DNA of 64,000 nucleotides from Eukaryota sp. TZLM1-RC (taxonomy: Eukaryota; Protista; Metamonada: BaSk clade). The stretch covers positions 1,364,001 to 1,428,000 of the forward strand of contig JAUPSS010000004.1 in NCBI GenBank assembly GCA_040285825.1, written 5' to 3'. Both the position numbers and the translations under genes were made by a program. This document shows, piece by piece, positions 36,379-49,176 of this stretch. Each line of letters begins with the position of its first letter. The first letter of the stretch is position 1. Under the pieces are notes generated by a model, which did not search any database, was not told the DNA's origin, and saw only the letters and a list, made by a program, of their open reading frames with translations.

Positions 36379-38029
36379 AGTGAATCAGTTGCCAAAAAAT
36401 CAAGTACCGGTGTAATGTACTAATTGAAAACAAAAAAAAACACAATTAAAAGCATAACTACTGGAAAATTAATTTCTGTTATAAAATACATACATGACTT
36501 GGTTTATTGATGGAGGTTTCTAAACGATGAGTTGTTTACCTTTAATGTAAAAATGCGAATTATTGCTACTTAAATTGACAAATTGAAAAGTTCTGCTCAG
36601 ATCATAAAGTTGGGTAAATTCAAGAATTCAGATTGAACATCTTGCAAACAATCAATAGTGGGATGTATTGTGGATGTCAAATCATCAGCTAAAGCGAAAC
36701 CAAAACCACCAACTTTCCTTGTTTTAAACAGCAGTACTTTAAAAATACTATTTTATGAAAGTCAAAATTAAAAAATGCAAAGTATTTGCACTACGGTAAG
36801 TTCCACAACTAATGTTACAATTCTGGATTCAAAAACTTCATGAATTAATCATTGCAAGGAATTCTTCCTTTGTGGACTCAATAATGGCCCAGACCATAAT
36901 TTGGTTAATGTTTTGGAATCACTAAAAGGTTGATAACGCATCGACCAACATGGAAATGGGCGCAGTGTTGATTATACAATCAATTCACCTTGAGTTGGAG
37001 ACCATTTAGTCAAAAAATTATAGTTCATGCATTTGGTTTTGTTTCAAATATGAAAACACACCATCGGATTGTCTCAACATGATTTCTGATCTCAAAAAAC
37101 ATCCGCAATAGTCAAATTGTGTTATGTTTCAGCACACAAGAACCGTTTTTTTATAAAATCTGTGTATGAAGCAACTCTTATTTCAGTAATTAGTCAATTC
37201 TGTGAGACTTGAACAAGAAACTTGTTGCGTTTTTTTTTCAACCATTAGAATTCTACATCTTTGAGGTTTTGTGATAAAAATACGAGAAGCAAAACGAAGA
37301 TGTTGTCAATATACAACTAAACACTTTATTGATAATTTTTGCTGTAACATTGAGCAGGATATGCAATACTGTGGACATAACTCCACTAATAGAAAGCCAA
37401 CAAAAGAGTACAACAGGATGAACAACGTTGGTGAAGCTTGGATGAAATGGAAAAGCCCGAACGAAAAAGAATTGATAAATACTGATAAAAGCAGTAATGC
37501 AAGAAACATATGCCCAGATGATAGCAACCAATAGGCAGTGATTTATTGATTCGGACACTTCTTTCTTATACAAGAAGTGGTAGGTGCCGTAGATATTTAT
37601 TGATGTAGCAAATTGAAATGGAATTGTGTTGTGCAGCAGTGGATATTTATCAAGAACGGGGATAAGTTATGAAATAACCTTATTATGCTAAATCGTCTGC
37701 ATGCTTGTAGTGTGGCGCTGCTGTAGTTAAACCATCACATCGTTCTGTGAGGTACTGTTTTATGAATCGTCATAACGATTTTCATTTTTAGTGTTGCTTA
37801 AATTGTCTTTTCCTACTCACAACCACTTTTACCACGAGAAATCAAGCCGAAGAATCATGCTTCTCTGGACAACAAATTCTCAGAGAATTTGGTCTGAGAA
37901 TCAGGGTTGTTTTCCTTCTTTGAAAAAATATACATGAGAATGGCGCAGTTCTGTATATGCAAATAAGACTGCTTACACACAGAATATTACGCCAATTAAT
38001 ATTGCTTACCCAACACCGGAAGTTTATGG

Positions 38030-39336
38030 AGGTAATGGTGATTCACTTGCCTTGACACATGGTGGTAGGGTTGTTGCATTGGGATGTAATAAATCCTATC
38101 ATTTAATTCAAAAATTAATTAATGTCATTTGTTTTTCTGTGTGTGATGATCCTTTTGAAGCAGTTGATGGGAATGGTGATTTCTTCTTTAAAGGTACAAG
38201 GAAGGAAAGAAGCTATAGAATTAGGCACTATAACATCAAGATACCAGTAAGTAAATACATGGCCCCCAATGATTCACTTCAGTGTTGTTTTTCTTTGATT
38301 CGTAATCGTCTTTATGTTGTAGATATAACTGGTGATGTTTGGGAATTTGATAAGTATAATTGTGATGATCCCTTCAACAAAAAACCCACCAAAGTTCCAG
38401 GGTTAAGTAACATTGTTTTTATTAGTGGTTATAATGATATTTGTGCTGCCATTGAAAACAATTGTAAAGTTTTTGTCTGGGGTGATTTGAGTAGAATCAG
38501 TGATTTTTGTAAGAACACTACAGAACCCCTTACGATTGAAGCTTTCACCAATGTAGAAGGTATTTCAGTAGGTCGTAACTTCCTTTTCGCCTACAACAAA
38601 AACACTGTTTGGGCTTGGGGAAAGAACGATGAAGGTCAATTAGGTACAGGTGATTTGATTGATCGACCACAACCTGTCAAACTATTTGGGTCTGAAATAC
38701 TTGGCAGTTTCAATTCTCTAATACAACCTTTGGATAGAATGTTCATTGGTCTAAGCAAATTAATTTACTTTGAATATTTACAATATTTGAAACATTTGTT
38801 TGGTAACCATCCTTATACAAAAGCTAGATTCTAAACCAAATGTTCAATTATCAAGAAAATGGCTAAATTTGCTAAACAAGTGATTAATGGTTTAGAATTT
38901 TTAAAAGATCCTCAAGATTTAAATTTAAATGACAATATTTGTGATTTGCAACTCATTCTAACAAGTGATTATAATTGTCCGGAAGTAATTTATACTAGAA
39001 TTAAAAAACTTGATTTTTAGTATCATAATGTTGGTCATGATCCACAATTATTTTCATCTTTCCCAAATGTTGAGGTTGTTAAGCTTGATGCTTCGCGGAG
39101 ATCTGTTAGAAAGTTATACTTAAACATGGCACATTTATCAAATCTTAAATGCCTGGAACTTGAATGTGAAATCACTATAGAACAATTACCCCTTCACTAG
39201 TGAAGTTGGTGCTCAAATATCTTAACATTGAGGTCATTGATTTAAGCTATCTAACATCATTGAAAGAGCTGGTATTATTTGGTGATATTTCACAAAGTAT
39301 ATTAGAAGCACAAATTCCTTACCTGAATCCATTGTT
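38030..39336 (+). pseudogene. RCC1-repeat + LRR pseudogene, 5' part (interrupted by a retrotransposon)
   Basis: VFVWG, VWAWGKNDEGQLGTGDLIDRPQPV RCC1 repeats; premature TAA at 38832 where the paralogue has TAT; LRRs LSYLTSLKELVL. Confidence 0.85.
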
Positions 39337-42300
39337 TTTTAACAACTTCAAAGGATTTACCTATGGTAAAATCAGTGACTTGATAAATTTTTTTTTAAAT
39401 TTAATTTTATTCTAAACCTATAAATCAACATCTAAAAAATCCATCTCTCCCAAAACAAAAACACTAGATGCAACTCTCTCATAGTGAGATCCAAGAGAAA
39501 GCAAAGCATCAGAAACCATCTTCAACATCCCCTTAAAAATAGAAAACACAATTCTATTTTGCCAAAACAATCTGTTGAAATTTCTGCCAGTTCTTCTCTT
39601 TACAATCATTTCAAAATCATCCAAAAACGTAAAGCAGTTGGTGCAAGTGAACCAAAAAGGGAAAATACAAATGGATACAAATTGTATTTTTGCATGCTGT
39701 AGACTGGCCAATTTGGACAAAGGTTCATTGTATTTTTTTGAATTTAAAATTTTCAGCATTTGAAAGGGGATTATGAATTTCAGAATTAACAAGCCTTTCA
39801 TTTGAGGCATTACAAGGATCAACAGACATTACATCCAATAAAAATGAAGCTTCCATCTAATCCAGGTAATATGACATCACCTCTATTATTCTTATGAAAA
39901 TCATTTTCAGCATCAAACAGATTTGACAACAGAGGTTCCAAGAAGGATTCAATTCTATAAGATTTACACATACAATATAACTGGTCTCTTACAGCATCAT
40001 GAACCTTGCTTCTAAAAGTAATAAAATGTTTACAATTTAACAAATGAGTAGTTGTAATTTCTCGAGAACATTTACAAATTAAATTATGAGGTAAATTATC
40101 AGGCCAGATAAAGGAACGAAATCTCATATTCAGAGTCCAAGCAGAATCGGATAAGAGAGTACCATAAACTTGTGGAATTGTTGTTACTAAGGCAGAAGAA
40201 GTACTGTCACACATATCTTGTAAAAGATTTGCAAAAGCGGGATTCTTTTTCTTGGCCAAGCCAAGTCTAACATCAAAATCCAAGCTTTCAAAAATCTTTG
40301 ACAATTTTTGTTGAAGCTTTTTACAGCAAAACTGTAAATTAAATAGAGATCGGTTTGGAATTTCTTGAATTGATTGAGGAAAACATTTGGTCCAAATTTG
40401 TGGCGGTAATTTTTCAAGTTCACAAGATAACTCATACAAATAGGGACTACAATTGGGGACTAACAGATGAGAATCATCAGGAAATCTACGAGAAAATTCA
40501 TAAATAAAATTTTTGCCACCACCCAAGAATGCTGATTGACACAAAATTGAAGATTTAGTAAATCCAATACCCCCCAAATTTGCTGAAGAAAATAAGTGAC
40601 TTTTCAACATTCCTGGTTCAACATCCAATAAATCAGCAAAAAATTCTGTTCTCAATGAATTGAATGAACGACAAAAATCTAATGCTATGGAAGGAGCACA
40701 AGATCTCAAAATGTGGGTTATTCTCCCAGTGTAGCAAATTTTAAGCATGAAAAATTTAATATGCTTTTCTATATCTAAAGAAGAAATTGAATCAAGTTCA
40801 ATTTTCATTTTTTCCAAAATAACTTGCAATTCATTCTGAATTTGAGGCACATTTCCTAACCAACAACCAAGGAACTTAAAAGCATCACTACTATAATTAG
40901 TAAAAGGGACAATAGAATCGTTTATCACGAGGTCTTGAGCAGAAGAGCCAATCAGAAGGCATTTGCTGGCATTAAGATGAAGCCCAATATTTTCATATGA
41001 ATCGGCAATTTCTTGAGCAACCAATTCTAGTAAATCAAATGAACCAATCAAGGATATATCATCCATATAAGCAACTATTTTTATAGAAGGGTATTTTTGC
41101 TTAATGATATTTAAAGTTTTGTGAATAGCTAAACAAAACAATAATGGGCCTAAAGGATCTCCCTGCTTCACTCCAGAAGATGATTTAAGACCAAATGAAT
41201 TAAAAATTAAATCTGATTCTTTCCCATAAAAATGGTAGAAAAAAACTCGATAGCTCAGGAAAACCAGATTTAATAACTTCAAAAATTGCTTCTCGCTTTA
41301 CAGAATTAAAAGCATTTTTAAAGTCGAGATTAAAAATAAAATTATTTTCCTCTGCATTAAAAAAGGTATCAGAGGCAATAGCAGCAACAGAAGCACCATC
41401 AATTGTTTTGATTCCAAATTGATGAGGATTCAAAAATGTAGAAGCTTTGTCTTTGACACGATCGAAGACAATTGATGCTAGCAAACGAGAAAGAGATTCA
41501 CCAACAGCAATTGGGCGTATTCCATCAGGTTTGATTCCGTTTCCAGGCTTTACTAAAGCAATCAGACGTGCTGCGAGTAATTCAAATGGAGGATTAATTT
41601 TCAAAACAATTAATTGTTGAAAATAGTGGGCTAGATCATCAGCAATTTCGGGAGCACTGGAACACGCTATTTTTAACAGATCAAAAGAAATTCCAGATGG
41701 GCCTGCTGCTTTCCCCTTTGGCAATTTTTGAATAGCTTTAAGAACTTCAATTGCAGTAATAGGATTTTCAATCCAAAAAGGACACACTTCAGGCTTGCTG
41801 CACTTGAAATTTTCTTGAGGATGCAACTTTTGAAGTTTTTCAAGGGTATCAGAGTTTGCATCAGCCAAAGAATAGGAAAACAAAGACTGCTTTGCGGCAC
41901 CATAACGACCACGTAAGCACAATTTTCGGCAAATTTTTGATTTTACAAATTTTCTATTTCCAAACTTTTTCTTAAAACAAAATTTCTTTATTCTAGCAAA
42001 ATATTTCCAGAAGGATGAAATATTCCACTTATTATTTTTCAATTCAGAAGTAAAATTTCTCATTTCCATTGAGAAGGGGATTGTGCTGGCGAAAACTTAT
42101 TTCTACTGGGATCCGGATCGGGGGTCCTACGGTATCAACGGCTTTACAATTCGTACAAAACAGAAGTTTTCGACCATTTCGTGAATCTGCAACATCTTTT
42201 TTGCAAAATGGACAACAAAAGTTACTGTTTTCAGAAGGGGAAGAAGAGGGAACACTAGAAGCATTTAACTGTTGATCGTCAGAAACATTATTTTCAGCAC

Positions 42301-42626
42301 CTTTCACAACGGCAACAGCTGAAACAGAACATTCGAGAATTTGTTGAGCAGATTTTAATTCAAATTCTCTTTTTTGTTTTTCAGGGCACGTTCTCGAATT
42401 ATGACCACTGATACCACAAATCGAACATTTTTTAGAACCTTTTAATGGCAGTGGTTTCATTTTTTCAGTTCTTTCAATTTTGTCAATTTGTGAGTTAAAA
42501 GTAGAAATAGACTTTTGACTTTTTGCAGTTTCAGCTGGAGAAAACAAATTTCGAGAAACGGAGTTGTTAATAGAACGCGCAACAGAACGCAAGGAACGTA
42601 ATGGTGGTTTTTCTGTTTTTCTGGTA
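39337..42626 (-). mobile_element. Near-full-length CRE-clade-like non-LTR retrotransposon, family A (CCHC knuckle - RT - zinc knuckle - RLE), frameshifted; 8-bp TSD
   Basis: CSICGISGHNSRTC; GKAAGPSG, IRPIAVGE, LDFKNAFN, GVKQGDPLGPLLF, YMDD, KFLG; RLE motifs; CCATTGTT at 39329-39336 and 42627-42634. Confidence 0.95.
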
Positions 42627-43373
42627 CCATTGTTAGATTGGATATTTGGTTGGAAGAACCTGTTAATATTGATAATCAATTACCAAACATTAAGGAATTG
42701 ATAATTCATTAAATTCATTCAATTGATTAAACCTGATGAAGGTACATTGCTTCTTCCTTCACTATATCAACCAGAATTCCCTTGTCAAGGATTAATTGAA
42801 TCTGAAGACAACAAGAAATTTTTTTTTGAAGTTATATTGTTTCATTCTTCACTATCTCCAACAAAGTTCATTAATGAAGGATTAATCAATTCTGTTAAGC
42901 GATTTAGGAATAAATACTTGCTGAAATTGTCTTGTTTTCCATGGTGTATTCAATATCCTTATGATATTTATCCCCTGTTCACGGTCAAAAGATTTCCATT
43001 TTCTTTTTTTGAGGGTGTAGTTGTTCAACATGAAGGAATTATGTGTGTGATCAAATCAATTGATGGAGTTGAAAATACTTGTGTTTTGGTTCCTTTAATT
43101 AAATTTGCCGAATCTGCTGAAGTCATTTTGCTTAATGATCAAGATTACACAGCTTCTATTCATGAAATCAGAAAATTGTTACCCAAAAAAGGAGATGAAA
43201 TAATAATTGTTGAATTCAGAGAAGACCCAGAATTGATTGGTTCTATGGGAATTTTGAAAACTAAATATGGGGAAGATGCAGTTGTTATGCTAGGTGATCC
43301 ATCAGACCTGAAAATTGTCAATATTGGAGACATTGCAGGGATCTTGAAGCCTTTTGTTCAGTGTGGGCAATAA
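42627..43373 (+). pseudogene. 3' part of the RCC1-LRR pseudogene ending in a tandem KOW-like (Spt5 C-terminal-like) module
   Basis: Resumes IVRLDIWLEEPVNIDNQLPNIKEL, collinear with paralogue 53438-54064; ends PKKGDEIIIV..G.MG.L..GEDAVV..DLKIV. Confidence 0.7.
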
Positions 43374-44384
43374 ATTTTACATTTTTGTTTTGTTTTCCAT
43401 TCTTGGGTATTCATTTTGAATTACGAATTAATTACATTTAACTGTGATATAAGGTTTGCTCTTTTGCATCTGCAAACAAACATTTTGAATCATATTCATC
43501 AAAAGTAGTTTCTACCAATTGTCTTGGGTCAGACCATCTTTCAATCTTTCAAAATTCTTTACAATGTTCTCTTCTAAAACTTCATTGAAAGCATTCAGAA
43601 AATAAAGCTTTGGCTCCCTGGTTAGTAGAGTTGTGTTGGGGCAGATTTTCAACACAGGTGAACTACTAGTAGATGCTATTTTAGATGTCTCTGATGGTCA
43701 AGCCACATTCTATGGTCAGACGTATTTATCTTGCCAGAAAAATTCTTTTTTCTGATTATTTGTGATAAACCTCCTTGTTTCCTAATTTTCCGTTTATACA
43801 AGGATTTTTGATGCATGCTAATTCCACAGTTCTGTTGAAGGAGATCTTCATGACATTGTCTAAACCTCTTGTGACATATTGAGACAACGGTCACTAAGCT
43901 GAAATTCAGCTGACCAATGCTGTTCGGTTATGGAAGCAGAACCTGTTGCACTGGTCACTTTCTGGGCTACAATGGACAGATGAGGATACTTTTGCCCATG
44001 TGTTGCCCACCAATAATGAAGTGGTAATGGCTATGTATCTTCCTAATTATAAGAATCGAAACTGAAACAATTAAATTCTTGTCGGAATTATTTGTAAAAA
44101 TCCTTAAAATTCTTGAAGAACTTTGTAATTGACTTGGTTTTTTGTGGGTCATTGAAGATCACATTATTATAAAATCTCAGTAAACGATTAAGCATCCTAG
44201 CAATTATGAAAAATTCCTTAGATGTATATTCCATTCTTTTTAAAAATACAGCATCAATTATTGATATTCTTGAATTGTTTTTGTCAAGGTTGAGGTTTTA
44301 TTGTTCAGCTAGTCACAAAATTTTAGATTTAATTAGGCAAAAATAACCTTCTATAAAAATAGTTACTTATATTGATGCTATTCT

Positions 44385-44545
44385 TTATTGTTTTATTCGA
44401 TCTATTACAAATGGTTGCTCATGAAATTGCCGATTCATATTGGACTCTTCTTAATGCTGGCTATTGCCTTCGTATTGCTACTTTTCCTCAGGATCTTTTC
44501 ATAAACGATTCTCTTGTCCCCTTTACTAATTATAGTAGTGAGGCA
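44385..44545 (+). mobile_element. Internal RT fragment of RLE family A
   Basis: FDLLQMVAHEIADSY..QDLFINDSLVPFTNYSS matches ORF 39819-41282. Confidence 0.75.
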
Positions 44546-46709
44546 AAATTTCCTGTTTATGGAAATTTCGATTTATGTGTTGATGAATTGATAGAGTTTA
44601 TATGGAATTATTCATTATTGATTGGTGAATTATCTAGGAAGCAGTATGTGAGGTTAAAAATCAAAAATTAAACAGAAATTAAAAAAATTAAAATTAAATA
44701 TTATAATAATGCTCATCTTACAAAGTTAAAAATAACTGCCGATACATTTTGAACAAGAAATATTTATCAACATTGATTTGGTTAAAACGGTTTATAGGTT
44801 CTATTACATAAATGTGAATTTAATGTTCAAAAATTGTAATAATCTCATTAATTCTCAATCAGGGAACGTCTCTTGCTCATCAACAAAAGAAAAAATGTAA
44901 AGAAATCTAAAAATTCTACACAAAGGATATTGATTCACGTCTACTTTATATCTTATGTTTTGTACCTATATTTGTTAGAATTTCTGTCCTTTTTTGAACC
45001 GATGGGTAATTTGATGATTATACGAAAACGAAAATCAACAATTACTCTTTATGAAATGAAACTTTTCAATGCTGCTTCGTCACTCAAAGAACTCGTTTCT
45101 GATAAACCAGAAATCATGGTTAATCGTGATGTCACAGCAACCTTTTCAAAGGTTTTCAATTTGGACAATGTGTTACTAATTATTTTCAATAAAATTGATA
45201 AACAATCACTATTGTAGCTTATCGTGCAAAATTAAATGAAGAATTGTTTGAGTGATGCAAAATATATTTCCTGTTAAAATTGTTTCAAAACAATGAGAGT
45301 TGTATCTCGTATAAGAATTCGGTAATTAAAGATTTATTAGGAATTTCACCAATACTGAACCCATTAATTAATTTGTTAATCATAAACACAATAATTTATT
45401 TCTAAGAAATATTTGGGTATTAACTTTCAATAATTTTAATTGTTTATTTTCAACAATTTGAATATGCTGGAAATTCTCTACATTCAAATTTTTCAGCATG
45501 TCATCAAAAACATTTTCATCGTCATTATTAGATAAAATATATTAAACCAGTTGTAAATTAAATTCATGGTGTGATTGTTGAGTGATTATCAATGATTGTT
45601 ATAGAACATTCACCCTATCAAAACACATTTGTTGTTTGTTGTGAAATTCAACAACAATTTTATTTTTTTCTGATATTCCTTATACAATAACAATAATTAT
45701 CAACATTGAAACTCATTGTTATTTTTCGAATTAATGTTGCCTTCTACTGCACAAGCAATCAACACAAATGCACACCCATTTCTATCAGAACTGTCAGAAG
45801 GATTTAATTAATTAATTCGAGAATTTTATTGAGTAATTATTTAACACTGCATTTGTTTAAATTCTGGAGTAGACAATACCGTTAACACAAGCTTCCACAC
45901 CATCAAAGCCTACGGAATCATGTCAGGAATTGTTTTGATAATAGTTGAAAGGAAGGGAATTTAACCACATTTGATAACCAAAACCTTATTCATCCTTTTT
46001 CTCCAACCAAATTTTAGTGATGTTTTAATACATCACTAAAAAATGGCAATAGGAAAATTTGAATCAAGACACAATTTATAGTTTCGATGCAGTGAATGTT
46101 TTGAAGGCTTTCGGAACAAGGAAATCTAAATGATAATTCAAACAGAAAAATTTGTTTCATCACCAATTAATGCAGCTTTGGTCAAATACCTTGATGAATT
46201 GATACATCACCACCCAGTTGATAGACCATGATTGATCGCAATTTGTTAAGTCAACTGACCTCACAAAAGCCAAAAAAATCTGCATATTTTGTTACATTAT
46301 CACCAAATATGTTGGTGATGAGGGTAACTAACGAAGCATCTTAATGACTTCAAGCTCTTACTTGATGGATTTCAACAAGTTATTATGACTGTCAAGTGTC
46401 TTTTCGGCAGAACCTACGTAACAAACAAGAAAACAGGTACGAATTGAAATTGAATTATTGTGTTTCGAGTGCAATAACTTGGTCGCTTTGTGTTACATCA
46501 TCAATATTCGTAAATCGTCAGTTCTCTTCTACTATCTTTTTTGTTGATTTTTATTTTTTTTTGATTTTGCCACAGAAAAACAAACTCCAAATCACAACTG
46601 TCTTTTACACGCAATCCGTGAACAACTGAATCAGCAAATCAAATTTTATTAAAAACAATGGTGACTCTGTACAAATACAACAAAGTAAAAAATCCAAAAA
46701 ATCCAAAAA

Positions 46710-48797
46710 TTAGCTCAACCTACTTTGACTGTACAACTCACTGGTTAATTCATAACCTCTTCCCTCTTCATTAGGCAATTCGTCTCTTAAACCTTGAGGT
46801 AAATCATCCATCCATGAATGTGACGTGGCATGACGTGGTGAACGACATTCCTGATTAGGTGGCACTTCCAAAAGAGAAACATCAACAGGGGGAACATTCA
46901 CTGTATCAAACTCGATTAATTGGGGTAAAATCATATCCCTTGTGTTAGGGTTAGGGTTAGGGTCAGCATTAGGGTTGGGGTTAGGATTAGGGTTAGGATC
47001 AGACACTTCACTAGTGGGGGGTGCCTCCTTGTATACCTCAGCCATAATAGCAGATACCCTATTCAAAACAGAGCTGGTGGCTCTTCCGTTGGGACTAAAC
47101 AATGCATTATTCAAAAGGTAAAGAGAATCATCAGACATTAAAGTGTTTGAACCAAAAGCCAACGCCCAGTGCTGAATTAAAGTCGAAGTAACCACACAAG
47201 GGTTTGGGTATGACACACTTGATAAACACTTGTAAACACACTTTGCAGCAGTCACGATAACATTTGCAATAGAATTGCCTAATTCTTGACCAAATTCAAA
47301 ACTATCAAGTTCATCACTTCTCAAAAAGAGATCATTGAAATTTTGTGGATGTCTTGCCAAATTTTCGCCAATCCTGTAGAGCATTTCGTTCCGCAATTCA
47401 GGCTCAAACATCTCCATTCCGACTTGAATAATAGTCATGAATTCATTGAGCATTCTTGATTGCAAGTCCCTTTCAGTGAACAAAACGCCATTGTTGAAGG
47501 TAATAAGCTCATCTCTTGCAGCTTGCCATGTGGAAGATACATTGGTTATGGTATCAGTAGTTAAAAAGGCAAGAGCACGTTGATTGGCCTTCCTAATCAC
47601 TCTAGCAGTTTCCGAAGGGTCAAAGTAAAGAGTCAAAAGGTCATTAATTGTGACTGTGTCATAAACGGCCTTGAGGAAATAATCCAACAAGGGACTAAAG
47701 TAAGGGTTTGGTCTATCCACATAAACTCCAGCTTCTGTTAAGTCATTCTTAATTGCTTGCACCAAGTCTGTCAACTGCGAATCAATGAAGTTTGGTTGAG
47801 AAGCAATTCTCGCTACATTGTTAGGAACTGCACCACGGAGCCGAATGTATAATGAAAGAGAGGGGAAGAAATAACCAAGCCGGGGAAGATCAAATGGGGA
47901 TGAATTGCATTGTAATAGTTGATGCTTACGTGGCGCCACGTTTTGATGAGATCGTCGTTGTCTACATTCTTCTCTTCGTTGCAGCCGCTGCTCTCTCCTT
48001 TGGGTTGACACTGTTATAAGCTCAGCTGCATTAGTAAGTGAATTGGCCGCTTCCGTGAGTGCTCTCGCTGCATCTGAAAGAGGATGGTGATGCGAGGTAG
48101 TGGTGATGTCACCACTTGATTGACGATGAGGTTGACGGGTAGATTGACGGGTAGATTGGGGTTGTTGATTGCGGGATTGACGACGTTCTGGTGCGATTCG
48201 GGTGCGCTCGGGTGCGATTCGTAGATTAACTCTTCGAACAACACGAGGCTGATTTGGAGGTTGATCACCTGAATGTTGACGCGATGATGACGTGTCATGA
48301 CGTTCTGACGTGTCATCAGATTGCTCTGAAGGTGGAGCGGGGGGAAGGGAAAATGCTGATTGGAAAAAGGAACCAAATTGTCCCATTACTTGGCGGACCA
48401 TGTCGTTCATATCAGTAGGGGCTATAGAGCCGTCTTCACCCACAGGAATGGCAAATACTCCCATGGGAATTGATGATTGTGATGATGTACGTTGGGGCTG
48501 AGCCTGATGTTCGCTATAAGGAGAAGACTCGGGGGATGCTTGGGAAGAGGGTTGGGGTGAGGGTTGGGATTCAGGAAGAGGAAGCCGAGATACAACGTGG
48601 ATTGTACATCCATCGGTTATGTTGTAGTCTTGTAGGGTACCTTGTGAAACAATACGACCTTGAAAGATGATACGTTGTTGGGGTGGCGATATGGAAGAAA
48701 GCTCAGCAATGGTGTTTTGTAGGTCCTCTATGGTAGTTGTAGGTTCTACATCTATTTCATGAATATCTTGGTTGATGACTTTCACTGTGACTTTCAT
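46710..48797 (-). CDS. N-terminal ubiquitin-like domain protein (BAG6-like architecture)
   Basis: MKVTVK..QQRIIFQGR..TLQDYNITDGCTIHVV UBL domain, S/P/Q-rich linker, helical C-terminal region; 695 aa intact. Confidence 0.85.
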   Translation of the reverse strand: MKVTVKVINQDIHEIDVEPTTTIEDLQNTIAELSSISPPQQRIIFQGRIVSQGTLQDYNITDGCTIHVVSRLPLPESQPSPQPSSQASPESSPYSEHQAQPQRTSSQSSIPMGVFAIPVGEDGSIAPTDMNDMVRQVMGQFGSFFQSAFSLPPAPPSEQSDDTSERHDTSSSRQHSGDQPPNQPRVVRRVNLRIAPERTRIAPERRQSRNQQPQSTRQSTRQPHRQSSGDITTTSHHHPLSDAARALTEAANSLTNAAELITVSTQRREQRLQRREECRQRRSHQNVAPRKHQLLQCNSSPFDLPRLGYFFPSLSLYIRLRGAVPNNVARIASQPNFIDSQLTDLVQAIKNDLTEAGVYVDRPNPYFSPLLDYFLKAVYDTVTINDLLTLYFDPSETARVIRKANQRALAFLTTDTITNVSSTWQAARDELITFNNGVLFTERDLQSRMLNEFMTIIQVGMEMFEPELRNEMLYRIGENLARHPQNFNDLFLRSDELDSFEFGQELGNSIANVIVTAAKCVYKCLSSVSYPNPCVVTSTLIQHWALAFGSNTLMSDDSLYLLNNALFSPNGRATSSVLNRVSAIMAEVYKEAPPTSEVSDPNPNPNPNPNADPNPNPNTRDMILPQLIEFDTVNVPPVDVSLLEVPPNQECRSPRHATSHSWMDDLPQGLRDELPNEEGRGYELTSELYSQSRLS

Positions 48798-49176
48798 TTA
48801 ATAATACGGGCGTAAGTTGGGTAAGTTGATGTTTGCATTTGCAAATTGCAATTGAGAGAAATAGAATTTGTGTCGGCCGACATACTGGGATTGTATTGTT
48901 CAGTAATTATTGCATGACCTAGGAAGTCATTTAACAAAAAAATCACCATGATTTTGTTAAATGAAGTTCCATATCACACAGTTCATGAATATTCCTGTGA
49001 AAATTTAGTTAGCTTGAAGCATTGTGTTGTTTATGCCACTAAGTAGAAACACCAGAGAAGGAAAGAGTTAGAAAGAGCTTTCATAAGGTAGATATAGTGG
49101 AGGAAGACAATAGTAGATATAGGTGGTTGGAGACAATCATTTTTTCAAAACACTGTATTCTTAAAAACTACAGGAA

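Noticed and set aside
41200-42080. Programmed ribosomal frameshifting in the retrotransposon
   Set aside because: There are too many shifts, and a sister copy is in frame at the comparable 3' positions.
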